Positions 9,818 through 21,279 are shown, numbered from the stretch's first letter. The stretch: 64,000 nt of DNA from an uncultured Candidatus Saccharibacteria bacterium (GCA_965230915.1 OZ246395.1:472935-536934), one strand, 5' to 3'. Numbers and translations: made by a program. The notes: generated by a model not told the origin, from the sequence alone.

Positions 9818-10696
9818 CTACATGGTGATTCGAGTGACTTCAATAGTTTGCTTGACCTCTTTTGCGTAGCCGAGTGACTTTAGAAGCTTAATTGTGAGCA
9901 TCCCAAATAATGATGTAACTATTGATACAAATGTTGTGGTTCCAGCAATTGTAGAAAAAATTATAAACGTCGCAATGTAAACTATATATTGTAAATATGG
10001 ATCGATCATTGTATTAATTTGTTGTGTGATCATATCTGTAATTTTTGGCTTTACGGCAGAATTAACTGCAGAATTTATGAATTCGCTACCCATGCCGTTT
10101 GCCGAATCTAAATTTACATTCCCAGTAAGGCTTTCAATTAAGTTAGTTTGTTCTACTGTTTGAGCAACAACCTCAGACAATTTTATTTTAATTTTTTCGC
10201 TTAATTGTTGTTGTGCCTTTTCGGTATTATTTACTTGTAGAAAAATTAGCGCTGATATAAAGGCCGTAATAAAGATAATTGTTCTTGCGTTTGCACGGGC
10301 TGGAACTTGAATATAAGTTTTGATTTGGTTTCCGTAAAGTGAATCAAATTCGTGCATTATCGAATAAGCCATACCAATATATAAAACGAAAACAAAAAGC
10401 ATCATAAGTGGAGTTAATGTGTATTGTAGTAGAAAGACAGATGCGTAAGGCAAAAATAGAAGTGCAAAAAATCCGATTCGATAATATAGATTTTTATTTT
10501 GGGATAAAAATAATCCAATTGATAATGCCGTAATACTTGTAAAAGCTATTAGCATTATAAAAAAATTAAGCATTTGGTTTATATCAAATACAATTTCAAT
10601 TTCGGTCATTAATTTTGAACAAACTTGAAAGGTTAAAAATGCAAAGATAACTGCGGCAATCGCAAAAGGCAGGGTTTTTAAATTAAAACTTTCCAT
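9818..10696 (-). CDS. Hypothetical multi-pass membrane protein
   Basis: 292-aa ORF with about 6 hydrophobic segments. Confidence 0.75.
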   Translation of the reverse strand: MESFNLKTLPFAIAAVIFAFLTFQVCSKLMTEIEIVFDINQMLNFFIMLIAFTSITALSIGLFLSQNKNLYYRIGFFALLFLPYASVFLLQYTLTPLMMLFVFVLYIGMAYSIMHEFDSLYGNQIKTYIQVPARANARTIIFITAFISALIFLQVNNTEKAQQQLSEKIKIKLSEVVAQTVEQTNLIESLTGNVNLDSANGMGSEFINSAVNSAVKPKITDMITQQINTMIDPYLQYIVYIATFIIFSTIAGTTTFVSIVTSLFGMLTIKLLKSLGYAKEVKQTIEVTRITM

Positions 10697-10745
10697 GTAG
10701 TTAAATTTAAACAGGTTTGTTTATACGAGTCAAAAGAGTTTTGAT

Positions 10746-11624
10746 TTATTCAATATCACGCAAGTTAATGTTTAGCGTTCTTACTTTTTCAATTCCGTAA
10801 GAATTTGGATCTCTAGAGCAGACTTCAAGATCGATTCCAGAAGATGTTAATTCATATTCCATTGAAAGTTGCCCGTTATTGCACGTAAATGTTTCTTCGG
10901 TTTTAAGTCCTTCGATAGCAATTTCTTTTTGGTCGACGACATTATATGCATATAAAGCTTCTTTTCCATCTTCTTCGGTACATGTGTATAAATAATAATT
11001 CTCAAAATTCTTGTTAATGCCTATTGTGTAACATCCGGCGTGGCCTCGACCATAATACAATTCGTATGTAGGTTTTAATTCTCCTCTTTGAAGATCTAAA
11101 AGATATTCGCTATAAGCATCTGACCCTTCGTGACCCTGGCCTATAAGTGCCATTTTAAGTGAATTTAATGGTTGAATAGAAAAGAAGCCTGTTCCTTCTC
11201 CGCTGCTTAGTTCTAGGTCTTCGAGTGCGATTACTTCTTCCGAACCGTCTTTTTCGATAACATAATTAACTGGGCTCCTAAGATTGTATCTAAATTGTTC
11301 TTCATCATAACTTCCGCCTTCGTAATCGATTTTGTAATAGTTCCAAGTTAATTTATAAGTTGTATCGTCAATTTTTGTTATTATTTTTTCGCCTTTGCCA
11401 TCTGGTTTATAATCAATAATGTCGTCATTGCTTGATGGATCTATTGTAGGTTCGGGAGTTGGTTGAGGTACTGGTTTTACTAAGTACCCTACACCAGTAA
11501 GTGCTTCAGGATTTTCATACATTTTGGGAAGTTCATTAGGAATAGGTTTATGCCAGGCCATTATACCTGCAACTATGAATGCGATTAAGACGATGATTAT
11601 TGCTTTGAGGTATTGTTCGTTCAC
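10746..11624 (-). CDS. Hypothetical membrane-anchored extracellular protein
   Basis: N-terminal TM, PQPTPEPT linker, acidic beta-rich domain with Cys pairs. Confidence 0.75.
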   Translation of the reverse strand: MNEQYLKAIIIVLIAFIVAGIMAWHKPIPNELPKMYENPEALTGVGYLVKPVPQPTPEPTIDPSSNDDIIDYKPDGKGEKIITKIDDTTYKLTWNYYKIDYEGGSYDEEQFRYNLRSPVNYVIEKDGSEEVIALEDLELSSGEGTGFFSIQPLNSLKMALIGQGHEGSDAYSEYLLDLQRGELKPTYELYYGRGHAGCYTIGINKNFENYYLYTCTEEDGKEALYAYNVVDQKEIAIEGLKTEETFTCNNGQLSMEYELTSSGIDLEVCSRDPNSYGIEKVRTLNINLRDIE

Positions 11625-11656
11625 AAGATAATTCTGATTTAAAACAAATTACTTGT

Positions 11657-12181
11657 CTATATTGTATTTTGAGAATTAGCTGAATGTAGGCCTACAATCT
11701 TTTCAATTATCGCAGTCGTACTATTTTCTCTTACATCGTCGAAAAGTAATAAAGATCCGTTAACTGCCTCAATTCGATTCTTTTTAATTTCCCAATATTT
11801 ATCCGCTTCAATATTTGTAATTAGATAATTGGGTTTTAGGTTTTTTATTATTTTGTCGTAATATTTATTTGCTCTTGAAGTACTAAAATTATATGAGTTC
11901 TCAAGTAAGAGTACGTAATCAATACTAATAAATTCTGACAATATTTTTGCCCTAGCTTCTTGTGTATGAATTGGACGTGTCTTACCTTTTGATCTTCTGA
12001 TAGAAAGGTCGTTATCAATAGCTATTATTAATGTATCAACATGGTTTTTAGCAAATCGAAACAAATTCACATGTCCATTATGAGGAAGATCAAAACAGCC
12101 TGACGCAAAACCAACTTTTTCATTTGGATTTCTTGTTTTAAGCTCAAGAACAAGCTCTTTTAGCCTAACAATTTTCCCCAT
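11657..12181 (-). CDS. Cytidylyltransferase/adenylyltransferase family protein (RfaE domain II/TagD-like)
   Basis: SGCFDLPHNGH (HxGH), KGKTRPI, C-terminal STTAIIEKI. Confidence 0.88.
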   Translation of the reverse strand: MGKIVRLKELVLELKTRNPNEKVGFASGCFDLPHNGHVNLFRFAKNHVDTLIIAIDNDLSIRRSKGKTRPIHTQEARAKILSEFISIDYVLLLENSYNFSTSRANKYYDKIIKNLKPNYLITNIEADKYWEIKKNRIEAVNGSLLLFDDVRENSTTAIIEKIVGLHSANSQNTI

Positions 12182-12233
12182 AGTTCATGTATACATCAAA
12201 TTAGGTTAATAAAGAATGGGTGTTTTATTTTAA

Positions 12234-12310
12234 TGGTGGGAGGTACTGGACTTGAACCAGTGACCTACACAATGTCAATGTGTCGCTCTAGCCAGCTGAG
12301 CTAACCCCCC
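12234..12310 (-). tRNA. tRNA-Val(GAC)
   Basis: GGGGGGTTAGCTCAG...ACACA-TTGACAT-TGTGT...ACCTCCC-A-CCA. Confidence 0.97.
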
Positions 12311-12372
12311 GTGTAGTCGAAGATTTTAAACTACATTATTTTAGCATTTTAGGCTTAAAGACTCGAGGTATT

Positions 12373-12413
12373 AAAAAAATCGCCTTACAGGTTTTTATTG
12401 ACCCATAAGGCGA
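12373..12413 (-). terminator. Intrinsic terminator after NUDIX gene
   Basis: TCGCCTTATGGGT/ACCTGTAAGGCGA stem followed by T7. Confidence 0.8.
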
Positions 12414-12441
12414 AAACATTCAGAACATAGCACAAAGTCTT

Positions 12442-13044
12442 TTATGCCGCGATCTTAGCCTCAATAACTCGGTTATTGATCGCTTCGAGATAGTCGGTGA
12501 CGCGGTAAATAGCTGCAAGGTGCAACACAATACCAACATTCCGCATGACCGTTTCCAAACTTGCAAGTTGGACGCCGAGGATTACCTCCGTCGATTCTGG
12601 CGTAGGCGCACCTTCCTTCTTCACGTTTGGAATGTAGACGATGAACTGCCTAGCCGTGGTCTTATCGGGACCTTCGCGATAAGGTCCAAATACCACACAG
12701 TCCTGTAAGTTGCCGACGTACCCGGTTTCCTCTTTTAACTCACGGAGTGCAGCTTCGGCCGGTAATTCGCCGGTCTTCTTATTAATACCTCCGGCTGGAA
12801 ACCCAAACAGCACTTCTTTTGCTGCATGTTTATATTCCCTAACGCAGATAAACCGTCCACGTTCGTCCTGGGCGACAATTACAACAAAGTCGCCGCGGAT
12901 CCAGAAGTACCGGTCGCTTGTGACGCCGTTTTCCTCGACTCTTTCATATTGAATCCGAAGAAATTTCTCGTTTCCAGCGTCATCGCCAGCAAACTGGACT
13001 TCCCTGCTTGCAACAACTTTTGAGCCACTAAAAGCACTGCTCAT
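12442..13044 (-). CDS. NUDIX hydrolase (ADP-ribose pyrophosphatase-like)
   Basis: FPAGG...AALRELKEETGY Nudix box; SD AAGGAG. Confidence 0.9.
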   Translation of the reverse strand: MSSAFSGSKVVASREVQFAGDDAGNEKFLRIQYERVEENGVTSDRYFWIRGDFVVIVAQDERGRFICVREYKHAAKEVLFGFPAGGINKKTGELPAEAALRELKEETGYVGNLQDCVVFGPYREGPDKTTARQFIVYIPNVKKEGAPTPESTEVILGVQLASLETVMRNVGIVLHLAAIYRVTDYLEAINNRVIEAKIAA

Positions 13045-13159
13045 ATTTGCTCCTTTTGAATGTCCTGCCTACCCTATAACAAACGCTATAGAGACATCAA
13101 GTTTAGATGTGGGGAAATTATAACATAGGCGACGCCAGCCGAAGCCGGCGTCTGGGTAA

Positions 13160-13741
13160 TTATCGTAGAATCTTATCAACCATACCGTATTTAACGGCTG
13201 CATCTGCGTCCATGTGGTAATCGCGTTCTGCATCGGCTTCTAATTTCTTAACAGGTTGACCTGTATCTTTTGACAATAGTTCATAAGAAATTTTTCGAAG
13301 TCTTAGAATTTCTTTTGCCTGAATTTCGATATCAGTTGCCTGACCTTCTGCTCCACCATGTGGCTGGTGAATCATAACCATAGAATGTGGAAGTGCAAAT
13401 CTTTTGCCTTTTGTTCCGCCGGCTAAAATTATTGAAGCCATTGAAGCTGCAAGACCGATACAGATTGTTGAAACATCGCATTTTAAGCTTTTCATTGTGT
13501 CGTAAATTGCGAGTCCGTAATAAACAACTCCACCTGGGGAGCTTATGTACATGTTTATATCTTTTTTAGGATCTTTTGCCTGTAAGAACAAAAGTTGCGC
13601 AATAACTGTGTTTGCACTTGCTTCGTCGATTGGCCCACCTAAGAACACGATTCTGTCTTCTAATAATCTTGAATATATGTCGTATGATCTTTCAAATCCT
13701 TTTGGATCTTTTTCTACGACCATTGGTACGAGTACGCTCAT
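13160..13741 (-). CDS. clpP: ATP-dependent Clp protease proteolytic subunit
   Basis: [28 protein letters not shown]. Confidence 0.98.
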   Translation of the reverse strand: MSVLVPMVVEKDPKGFERSYDIYSRLLEDRIVFLGGPIDEASANTVIAQLLFLQAKDPKKDINMYISSPGGVVYYGLAIYDTMKSLKCDVSTICIGLAASMASIILAGGTKGKRFALPHSMVMIHQPHGGAEGQATDIEIQAKEILRLRKISYELLSKDTGQPVKKLEADAERDYHMDADAAVKYGMVDKILR

Positions 13742-13743
13742 TT

Positions 13744-14658
13744 TTAATTTTCCTTTGTAACTATTTTTTCGTCTGACTTGCGATCTTCCTTTGCGTCGCC
13801 AACAGCAGCATCAGCTAGCTTTTGAAGTGTTTTGTTCTTTAATAGAACTGCTTTAATATACATTTTTTGATCTGGCTTTGACAATGCTTCCCGGCTTTTT
13901 TCATCTGGAATTCCAGCAATTGTCTGTTCGACATCTTGTTCTGTTACTTCAACTTTTTCTTTTGTTGCAATTTCTGTGATAGCAAAATCTGATTTAATAT
14001 TTCTTTCTGCTACTTTTATATATTCAGCTCGAACCTCTTCAGCTTTTTTGTTTATAGCTTCGAGATATTTATCGATTGTTATACCCATTTGGCCTAGTTG
14101 GTCTAGCATTGATTGCATCATACGATCGGTTTCTTCGTTTATTAACTGTTCAGAAACATCGATCTTTGAAACAGTTAATACTGCGTCGATTATGTCTTCG
14201 GTTGTTAATTCTTTACTTTCTGCCTCTGTTTCACCCTCCTTAGGTTCGGTTTTTGCCTTAGCTTTTTCTGCTTTCTTTTCTTTGATAGCTTTTGTATAGT
14301 CGCCGATTTCAATTTCTGGTTTTTCGATAATTATCATGACCAACTTTAGGTCTTTGCCTTCCTCGAATTCTTTAATTTCAAATCTTGGATAAACAATCGG
14401 TGTGAATTTATTTTCAGATAAAACCTGTCGCTGAACCTCTTCTAAAATATGGTTCATAGCGTGGCTTCTTAGGTGATTCATATCTATATGTTTTTTAGCT
14501 ACATCTAATGGAGCCTTACCTTTTCTAAATCCTTTAACTTCAAGGTTTTTTGTCTCGTGCTCTAGAGCTTCGATAATATGTTGTTCTACGTGGGCTTTTT
14601 CGACTGTAACATCGATCTTATATGTGTTGTTTTTATCTTTGTTGACTTTGATTTCCAT
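13744..14658 (-). CDS. tig: Trigger factor (lacking FKBP PPIase domain)
   Basis: GFRKGKAP ribosome-binding signature; upstream of clpP; 304 aa. Confidence 0.92.
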   Translation of the reverse strand: MEIKVNKDKNNTYKIDVTVEKAHVEQHIIEALEHETKNLEVKGFRKGKAPLDVAKKHIDMNHLRSHAMNHILEEVQRQVLSENKFTPIVYPRFEIKEFEEGKDLKLVMIIIEKPEIEIGDYTKAIKEKKAEKAKAKTEPKEGETEAESKELTTEDIIDAVLTVSKIDVSEQLINEETDRMMQSMLDQLGQMGITIDKYLEAINKKAEEVRAEYIKVAERNIKSDFAITEIATKEKVEVTEQDVEQTIAGIPDEKSREALSKPDQKMYIKAVLLKNKTLQKLADAAVGDAKEDRKSDEKIVTKEN

Positions 14659-14790
14659 AAAAGCAGATTATACCTATCTTGCAATCAAAATGGAAGCTGG
14701 ATTGATAATTTTTTTTAAGGCTTACCCATTTTGTGCTAAAATCCTAGCTTATCAACGTATTTAGGAATACCAGTACGAAAGGAAAAGGAA

Positions 14791-15225
14791 ATGAATGCAA
14801 TTCTTTTTTCGATGAAGACCCATCCGATCGATTGGGTAATTTTGACTGTAACCTTTCTATTCTGTGCTGTGGTAATTCTCACCAGAAAGAAAAATGCAAA
14901 ACTGGGTGTTACTATCTTCAAGATTACCGTACTTTTGGAAGTTCTGCTTACCTTAATGCTGTTTAATAGTCTTAGGGGAATCGCACGAACCATGCCAGCT
15001 TTGGCGGTTGAACAATTGTCACTGGCATATTTGGGCTTGATTACAGTTATTTCTTTGATTGGTGTTTTTGCACTTTTAGCCGTAGCCTTCAGCGTAGAAG
15101 TACGGCTTTGGCTAATACAGGTTTTAGAGAACCCGAAATCGAGCATTGTGTTTGTTGTGCTATTTGCGCTTTATCTGGTTTTTATGGCGATCTCTGCGGT
15201 GATGTATATATCTCTAATGATATAG
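14791..15225 (+). CDS. Hypothetical 4-TM membrane protein
   Basis: Hydrophobic ORF with purine-rich SD and its own terminator. Confidence 0.65.
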   Translation: MNAILFSMKTHPIDWVILTVTFLFCAVVILTRKKNAKLGVTIFKITVLLEVLLTLMLFNSLRGIARTMPALAVEQLSLAYLGLITVISLIGVFALLAVAFSVEVRLWLIQVLENPKSSIVFVVLFALYLVFMAISAVMYISLMI

Positions 15226-15250
15226 CCTAAATTACGTGATTGTTCCCTAT

Positions 15251-15291
15251 AGGAAGGACTAAGCTTTTAAACTTGGTTCTTCCTGGTATTT
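15251..15291 (+). terminator. Terminator-like hairpin between convergent genes
   Basis: AGGAAGGACTAAG/CTTGGTTCTTCCT 13-bp stem. Confidence 0.6.
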
Positions 15292-16472
15292 TACTCGTAT
15301 CTTAAGGCTTCGATTGGGTCTTTTCTGCTAGCTTGAATGGCTGGATAAGTTCCAAAAATTATTCCAACAACTGCTGAAAAAGAAAAGGCTAATAAAACCG
15401 CCCACCATGGAACTTCTGTTCTCAAAAAGCCTCGCATAGCAAGTGATCCAAGCCAACCTAAAAGTATTCCGATAAGTCCCCCTGCGATACTAAGTAACAT
15501 CGATTCGACCAAGAATTGTGTGGCAACTTCATTTGGAGTTGCACCCAATGCCTTTCTTAGACCAATTTCTCGTGTACGTTCGGTTACTGACACAAGCATT
15601 ATGTTCATAATGCCGATTCCTCCAACTAACAACGAAATTGCAGCGATTGCTCCTAAGCCTAGAGTTAGCATTCCTAAAATGTCTTGAATCGAAGATAAAA
15701 TATCTTCTTGAGACATAACTGTAAATTCATCGTCTTTTAGATCGCGTAATAAAGCCCGCTGAACTTGTCTAATTGCGGTACTCATATTATCAGGATTTCT
15801 AACTTTCATAGCGATACCGCTAATTCGTGGTTGGTCGAAAGTTTCTAAACCGGATGTATATGGAATAACCGCGGCTTCGTCGAACCCCTGGCCCTTTGGT
15901 TTGTAGGTTCCAATTACTTCATATGATTCGTCGTTAATTTTTACGCGTTGGCCAAGTGGGCTTTGTGATCCAAATAATTCTTCGACTACTTTTGAGCCTA
16001 AAATAACGGCTTTCGTTTTGGCGCGAACTTCAGATTTTGTAAAATATCGGCCTTCATCGATTTCAAAATTATAAATATCAAAGCCATCTTCGTTTAATCC
16101 GTAAAAACTTGTGTAGTAAGATTTAGTTTTGAATTCTGTATTTGCACCAGCCTGCATTGTTCCCGTAATTTCAGAAATATAAGGACCTGCATATCTTTCT
16201 ATTAAACGAACATGTTTTTCGTCTAGTTTATTACTTAAAACTGATTCAGCTGGGTCACGGCCGAAGTCTACTTTTCCTGGCTGAACAAATACAAGATTAG
16301 AGCCCAATGCTTCAAATTGATCTGTAATATAGTTTTGGACACCGCGTCCGATCGAAATTAAAAGAATAACCGCAGTGACTCCGATAATAACGCCTAGCAT
16401 TGTTAAAACTGATCTGACCTTGTTTGCGGTTAGCGCAACAATTGATGTATTAAAGGTTTCTAATAAGTTCAT
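15291..16472 (-). CDS. MacB/FtsX-family ABC transporter permease
   Basis: [49 protein letters not shown]. Confidence 0.95.
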   Translation of the reverse strand: MNLLETFNTSIVALTANKVRSVLTMLGVIIGVTAVILLISIGRGVQNYITDQFEALGSNLVFVQPGKVDFGRDPAESVLSNKLDEKHVRLIERYAGPYISEITGTMQAGANTEFKTKSYYTSFYGLNEDGFDIYNFEIDEGRYFTKSEVRAKTKAVILGSKVVEELFGSQSPLGQRVKINDESYEVIGTYKPKGQGFDEAAVIPYTSGLETFDQPRISGIAMKVRNPDNMSTAIRQVQRALLRDLKDDEFTVMSQEDILSSIQDILGMLTLGLGAIAAISLLVGGIGIMNIMLVSVTERTREIGLRKALGATPNEVATQFLVESMLLSIAGGLIGILLGWLGSLAMRGFLRTEVPWWAVLLAFSFSAVVGIIFGTYPAIQASRKDPIEALRYE

Positions 16473-17179
16473 TTATTTAAAATTTCGCCGTCTTGAATAA
16501 CTATTTTTCGTTTTGCAATTTCTGCCAAGTCGTCATCGTGTGTAACGATAATTATTGTTTTTCCTTGATCATGCAATTTTGCAAAAAGTTTTACGATTTC
16601 ATCTCCCGTTTTTGTATCAAGGTTTCCGGTTGGTTCATCTGCCAGAATAATTGATGGATTATTAATTAGTGCTCTTGCAATCGCCACGCGTTGTTTTTGT
16701 CCGCCTGACAACTCATTTGATTTGTTATACATACGCTCTTCGAGACCTACTAATTTGATAGCCTCGATTGCTCGCGATTCCCATTCTTTTTTTGGAACTT
16801 TGCTGTATTTAAGAGGCAAAATAACATTATCCAAAACGTTTGTTCGTTGTAAAAGATTAAAAGACTGAAAAACGAATCCGATTTCAGCATTTCGGATGTG
16901 CGCCAGTTCTTTTTGCGAAAGATTACTTACGTCTTTTCCGTTCAGGTAAATATGTCCGCTAGTTGGAGTATCTAAAAGGCCAATTAAGTGCATTAAGGTA
17001 GATTTGCCCGAGCCCGATTTTCCTACAATTGCAATGTATTCGCCTTCGTGAATTTTTATTGATATGCCTTTTAGTGCGTGAATTTTGTTTTCTCCAATGG
17101 TGTAGGATTTTTTAACATCCTTTGTTTCTAGTATTAGTTTTTCTGCTTTGGAGCTTGATTTAGATTGAGTCTTTGCCAT
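16469..17179 (-). CDS. ABC transporter ATP-binding protein (MacB/LolD-like)
   Basis: [26 protein letters not shown]. Confidence 0.95.
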   Translation of the reverse strand: MAKTQSKSSSKAEKLILETKDVKKSYTIGENKIHALKGISIKIHEGEYIAIVGKSGSGKSTLMHLIGLLDTPTSGHIYLNGKDVSNLSQKELAHIRNAEIGFVFQSFNLLQRTNVLDNVILPLKYSKVPKKEWESRAIEAIKLVGLEERMYNKSNELSGGQKQRVAIARALINNPSIILADEPTGNLDTKTGDEIVKLFAKLHDQGKTIIIVTHDDDLAEIAKRKIVIQDGEILNK

Positions 17180-17223
17180 TTGTATTACTTTTTGCGCAGC
17201 AAAATGCAAGGAGCATCGCGACG

Positions 17224-18291
17224 CTATTCTTTGGCGATCTGACCTTTATCTCCTTCTGCTACTTCGATGCTAGAATCTGAAGGAATCACAACGGTTTGAC
17301 CTTCCAAACTATCGATTACTTCTGTGTATACATCTCCGACAATTCCGATTTGAACATATTTTTTCTTTAAAACACCATTATCTAAAACCCAAACATATGT
17401 CTTGTCGTTGTCGTCGGTAAATACAGCATCATATGAAATTGCCTGTACTGTCTCAGAAGTTTGGCTTGAAATTATTGTTCCGTCACCCGCCATACCAAGT
17501 AAAATTGGTCTGTCATCTTTAGCATCCAGCGCAACTTTTACTTTAAATTCGGAGCTATTTGCTGAATCAATATATTTTGGAAGTTCAATTACTTTTCCGT
17601 AAAAAATTTCATCTGGATAGGCGTCGATTTCTACTTCAGCAGGAGCATCTAACTTAACTTTACCAAAATCTTCTTGGTCTAACCCGACTTCAAAATATAA
17701 TCCGCCTAAATCTGCAAGTTTTACTACAGTTTCAGTTGGTCCGGCTGGTTCACCAACTTTCTTTAGAACATCAACTACGGTTCCTGCAAATGGAGCACGG
17801 ATATTTAAATCGTTAATATTTGCTAATTGCGCTCGGTAGTTTGCTTCTGCTCGGCTAATTTCTTCATTTAAAGTTCTAAGCCTAATATCATAAACTTCAG
17901 CTCCACCAACTGCATCTTTATCAATTGTTTGTTCTACAAATAAATCGCGGTTTCTTAAAGCGATATCTCGCGCATCTTTTGCAGCCTTTGAGCTTTGAGC
18001 AACAGATGTTGCATCAAGTGTTGCCAAAATTTGACCGGCATTCACAATTGCACCTTTCGTTACAGTTATAGAACTAATTTTGCCTCCACCTAAAAAATTT
18101 AAATCGGCATAATTTTCTGCAGAAACGGTTCCGCTTGCAGAAACACTTTCACGAACCTGTACATTTTCGACTGGTACAGTTTCAACCTGAACCGTTTTAG
18201 GTTGTTGGCTTGAGTACCACATAAATGCAGCAATTCCTAATACTGCCAATACTATAATTGTTATGATTATTCGTTTTCTAGTAAATTTCAT
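17224..18291 (-). CDS. MacA/HlyD-family membrane fusion adaptor
   Basis: N-terminal TM, lipoyl-like half motifs ([17 protein letters not shown]); in operon with the ABC genes. Confidence 0.9.
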   Translation of the reverse strand: MKFTRKRIIITIIVLAVLGIAAFMWYSSQQPKTVQVETVPVENVQVRESVSASGTVSAENYADLNFLGGGKISSITVTKGAIVNAGQILATLDATSVAQSSKAAKDARDIALRNRDLFVEQTIDKDAVGGAEVYDIRLRTLNEEISRAEANYRAQLANINDLNIRAPFAGTVVDVLKKVGEPAGPTETVVKLADLGGLYFEVGLDQEDFGKVKLDAPAEVEIDAYPDEIFYGKVIELPKYIDSANSSEFKVKVALDAKDDRPILLGMAGDGTIISSQTSETVQAISYDAVFTDDNDKTYVWVLDNGVLKKKYVQIGIVGDVYTEVIDSLEGQTVVIPSDSSIEVAEGDKGQIAKE

Positions 18292-19325
18292 TTAGATATT
18301 TTTTTGCCACGTAGACCCAGCAAGAATTTGAGTACCAGACCTAAGAATGTAATTATACTGAACATGTAAAGTATAGACCCAATATACGGACCCATGCTTA
18401 TTACATCAAATATAAAAATACCACAAATTAATTGAATAAGAACCCCTTTTGCATTAGGCAAAAGTTTTTTCCCGATAAACATGGCAGGATAAAGCGGTGC
18501 AATGTAAATTAAGAAAATCACTATACCTGTTATTACCAGAGCTATAGGGGCAGCAATTACCGAAGCCAAAAGCAAAATTATTACAAGCGGAATTAGTACT
18601 AAAGAAAGTAATCCGTACAATAAATTCTGGGAAATGTTTTTTGTATAAGAATTAAGGCCTTTTTCAAATATCTTAGGAAAAAAGTTTATTATGAGTAGTC
18701 CCATTAGAATTAAAGATAGTGAATGAATAATTTTGCCGATAATGACTTTAAGTCTCATGAATTCTTCGTTTTCTTCGACTTTTGAAGTATCAGTTTGTAC
18801 TAACTTTCCTCCTAAAAATGATTTATCTGTTAAATTTGGAATTGAGTTTAAATAATGAATATTACCTGCAACATTTCCGTCTATTAAAATGTTTGCATCT
18901 TTTGCATATCCTAAATTTAAATCTCCACCTACTCTGCCATATAAGCTAAAACCTTGGCTAATTCCGTAAGCATCTTTGCTTACTTCTCCGACTGAAGTAA
19001 TAACAACCTTTTCTGATATGAATGCAAAAGATCCCGAAACCTGTGATTCTATTTCAGTTTGTGAACCTACGACTCTTAAGTCTCCATTGATTGGAGCTGC
19101 AATTGAAACATTGTCCCCAATTATTAAAACATCTCCATTAATTGGAGCATCAACTGAGATATTTGTACCTATCAATATAGTTTCACCGTTAACCTCTTTG
19201 GATATTCTAATATCATCTTCATTTATAAAATGTGGAGCTGGACCTTGGATAGTCGTTGCGAAACTTTGTGTTGGTAAAAAAATAAATAACAATAATAGAG
19301 TTAATGTTGCAAGGAATTTTCTCAT
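18288..19325 (-). CDS. Membrane protein with bactofilin-like (polymer-forming) beta-helix repeats
   Basis: Signal peptide, repeated I-x-GD-(V/L) units, C-terminal TM bundle. Confidence 0.75.
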   Translation of the reverse strand: MRKFLATLTLLLLFIFLPTQSFATTIQGPAPHFINEDDIRISKEVNGETILIGTNISVDAPINGDVLIIGDNVSIAAPINGDLRVVGSQTEIESQVSGSFAFISEKVVITSVGEVSKDAYGISQGFSLYGRVGGDLNLGYAKDANILIDGNVAGNIHYLNSIPNLTDKSFLGGKLVQTDTSKVEENEEFMRLKVIIGKIIHSLSLILMGLLIINFFPKIFEKGLNSYTKNISQNLLYGLLSLVLIPLVIILLLASVIAAPIALVITGIVIFLIYIAPLYPAMFIGKKLLPNAKGVLIQLICGIFIFDVISMGPYIGSILYMFSIITFLGLVLKFLLGLRGKKISK

Positions 19326-19341
19326 AATTACAATTTAGCAG

Positions 19342-19392
19342 AAAATAAAAAATGCGCACCCTCTAGATGTATGTTGTCATCTAGAGGATGCA
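19342..19392 (-). terminator. Intrinsic terminator
   Basis: TGCATCCTCTAGATG/CATCTAGAGGGTGCG stem followed by T-tract. Confidence 0.8.
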
Positions 19393-19403
19393 GACCTTGG
19401 CGA

Positions 19404-19745
19404 TTATTCGCCAAGAATTTCACGCACGATTTGAATCAACCTTTTTTCAGAGTTTGGATCAGGAGAATTCGGGACAGTTTCATGTGGCCGGCCACCAGAA
19501 GCAAAAATAACTTTTTGGCCCATGGCGTGTAGTTGAGTCGCTAAATTGCGACCGTCGTCGGCACTCCGGATCGTTCCATCCAAAATAATAACGTCGAAAT
19601 CATGGTCGCCGCTGAGAAGCTTCTCGGTTAACTCAGGCGTCAGGTCGCTTTCAGACACCACCTCATAACCATAACCCTCTAGATATAATCGTGTAATTTC
19701 TAATTTACTTAGCCTGTCCTCTACATGGAGAATCTTTTGTGACAT
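19404..19745 (-). CDS. Single-domain response regulator (atypical receiver)
   Basis: KILHVED, DVIILDG phosphoacceptor, VIFASG; conserved Lys-Pro absent. Confidence 0.75.
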   Translation of the reverse strand: MSQKILHVEDRLSKLEITRLYLEGYGYEVVSESDLTPELTEKLLSGDHDFDVIILDGTIRSADDGRNLATQLHAMGQKVIFASGGRPHETVPNSPDPNSEKRLIQIVREILGE

Positions 19746-19886
19746 ATACGTGCCCTTTCTTCGAAATGGGTTATAAAAAGTAGGTCGGCAATATTATACG
19801 CTAATTTTTGCCGAAAAATATGGTGAAAAGCAGGACAAATCCTTAGTGGTTTGCTTAAATACTAAGCTTATTTGTTAACTGAAATG

Positions 19887-19971
19887 TGGTGCCGAGGAGA
19901 GGACTCGAACCTCCAAACCTTGCGGCACATGCTCCTAAGGCATGCGCGTCTACCAATTTCGCCACCTCGGC
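19887..19971 (-). tRNA. tRNA-Leu(TAG)
   Basis: GCCGAGG...CATGC-CTTAGGA-GCATG, long V arm, ACCA. Confidence 0.97.
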
Positions 19972-20014
19972 ATGAGGAGACACAATTCACATATTATACA
20001 GAAATTTCTATTGA

Positions 20015-20752
20015 TTAATTAGTGGAAATATCAGTAGCAGCGATCTTATCCATAAAACCTTTTACGCAAGTGGTCCATGGTGCTTTTTCTGGATCTCCTC
20101 CACCTTTTGCAACTGAAGCTGGAGTATACCAAGTAACGATATCTTCAGGAGCTAAGGTTAAGCCTCTAGATTTTGTTTTAGATGCTATACCTCTAGTTAC
20201 TCTACCAATACAGTGTTCCCATGAATCGCAGTTGTAGCCCTGTTCGGCTAAAGTTGCTTCTTTACTATCGTACATAGCCCAACCCCATGCATTGTATGAT
20301 TCGCCCGAAATTTTTGGAGTAAATTTCCCGCCAGTACTTTCACACATTGCTATTGCTGCGACCAAATTTGGATTCACATCATTAACTTCCCCTTCTCTTA
20401 CAAAGTGGCAGCCCTGTCCGGATAACGGAGCTTTATGTCCTTCAAAAAAGGCATCGATTTTTTCGGCTCTTTCATCTCCAAAGGCACAATTTTCAGTAGA
20501 TGCGGCTAAAACGCTACCTTCAGGTTCACTAACTGCAATATCTACTTCGTCTTGTTGGAAATTCTCTGTTTGGGCATAAGTCTGACGGACCTTACCCGGA
20601 GTCATTACTAACCAATATGCTGAAACAAAAATCAGCATGAAGGAGAGCACATAAAAATATATGAATGGCAGTAAAACCAGTCTAACACTTGGTACGTTGT
20701 TCATTCTGAAAGTCAGTGTAGCAAACGGGTTTTTTAAAGGCAAATGTCGCAA
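20015..20752 (-). CDS. Membrane-anchored lysozyme-like/glucosaminidase-type peptidoglycan hydrolase (start may be 20704)
   Basis: TM, then PNLVAAIAMCESTGG and YNAWGW motifs. Confidence 0.7.
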   Translation of the reverse strand: MRHLPLKNPFATLTFRMNNVPSVRLVLLPFIYFYVLSFMLIFVSAYWLVMTPGKVRQTYAQTENFQQDEVDIAVSEPEGSVLAASTENCAFGDERAEKIDAFFEGHKAPLSGQGCHFVREGEVNDVNPNLVAAIAMCESTGGKFTPKISGESYNAWGWAMYDSKEATLAEQGYNCDSWEHCIGRVTRGIASKTKSRGLTLAPEDIVTWYTPASVAKGGGDPEKAPWTTCVKGFMDKIAATDISTN

Positions 20753-20888
20753 TCTGACTTTTCGGGTGGTTACCGAAGATTTATTTTTCGTTTAAATTGC
20801 GCCAAATTTGGAACAGAAAGATGACGTAATGAAATATGACAAAAAACTACTTTGAGGAAATTTATCTAAAATGTGGAAAATTCTTAAA

Positions 20889-20965
20889 TGGCGCGTCTGA
20901 TAGGATTCGAACCTATGACCTACTGCTTAGAAGGCAATTGCTCTATCCAACTGAGCTACAGACGC
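20889..20965 (-). tRNA. tRNA-Arg(TCT)
   Basis: GCGTCTG...ATTGC-CTTCTAA-GCAGT...CAGACGC-G-CCA. Confidence 0.97.
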
Positions 20966-21009
20966 ACGATTAGAAAGTACACGTTGATTATTTTACAATA
21001 AAAATCGCT

Positions 21010-21094
21010 TGGTGCCGAGGAGAGGACTTGAACCTCCATACCTTGCGGCACAGCCGTCTGAAGACTGCGTGTCTGCCAGTTTCACCACCTCGGC
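21010..21094 (-). tRNA. tRNA-Leu(CAG)
   Basis: GCCGAGG...CAGTC-TTCAGAC-GGCTG, long V arm, ACCA. Confidence 0.95.
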
Positions 21095-21102
21095 AAATTA
21101 AA

Positions 21103-21186
21103 TGGTGCGGACGAGAGGACTCGAACCTCCAAGCCAAAGGCACTACCACCTCAAGATAGCGCGTATACCAATTCCGCCACGTCCGC
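21103..21186 (-). tRNA. tRNA-Leu(GAG)
   Basis: GCGGACG...CTATC-TTGAGGT-GGTAG, long V arm, ACCA. Confidence 0.96.
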
Positions 21187-21279
21187 AAGTAAAAACACAA
21201 TGTCCGTGGCGCATCTTCGATGAGGCCACGTTCGCATGAAAATTTAACTGCTAAAGTATAACATTGTATTTATGGCTTT

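Noticed and set aside
17200-17223. Small GC-rich palindromes (ttttgcgcagcaaaa here; gacgcc...ggcgtc at 13129-13152) as a repeat family
   Set aside because: REP-like in appearance but no shared sequence within the window, so a family cannot be supported
21040-21070. TTCAG loop read as a TCA (Sec, opal or code-25 Gly) anticodon
   Set aside because: The 5-bp stem fixes a 7-nt loop with CAG centred; the body is Leu-type; long ORFs translate cleanly in code 11
20988-21200. 70-aa ORF on the minus strand
   Set aside because: Lies over tRNA-Leu(CAG) and tRNA-Leu(GAG)
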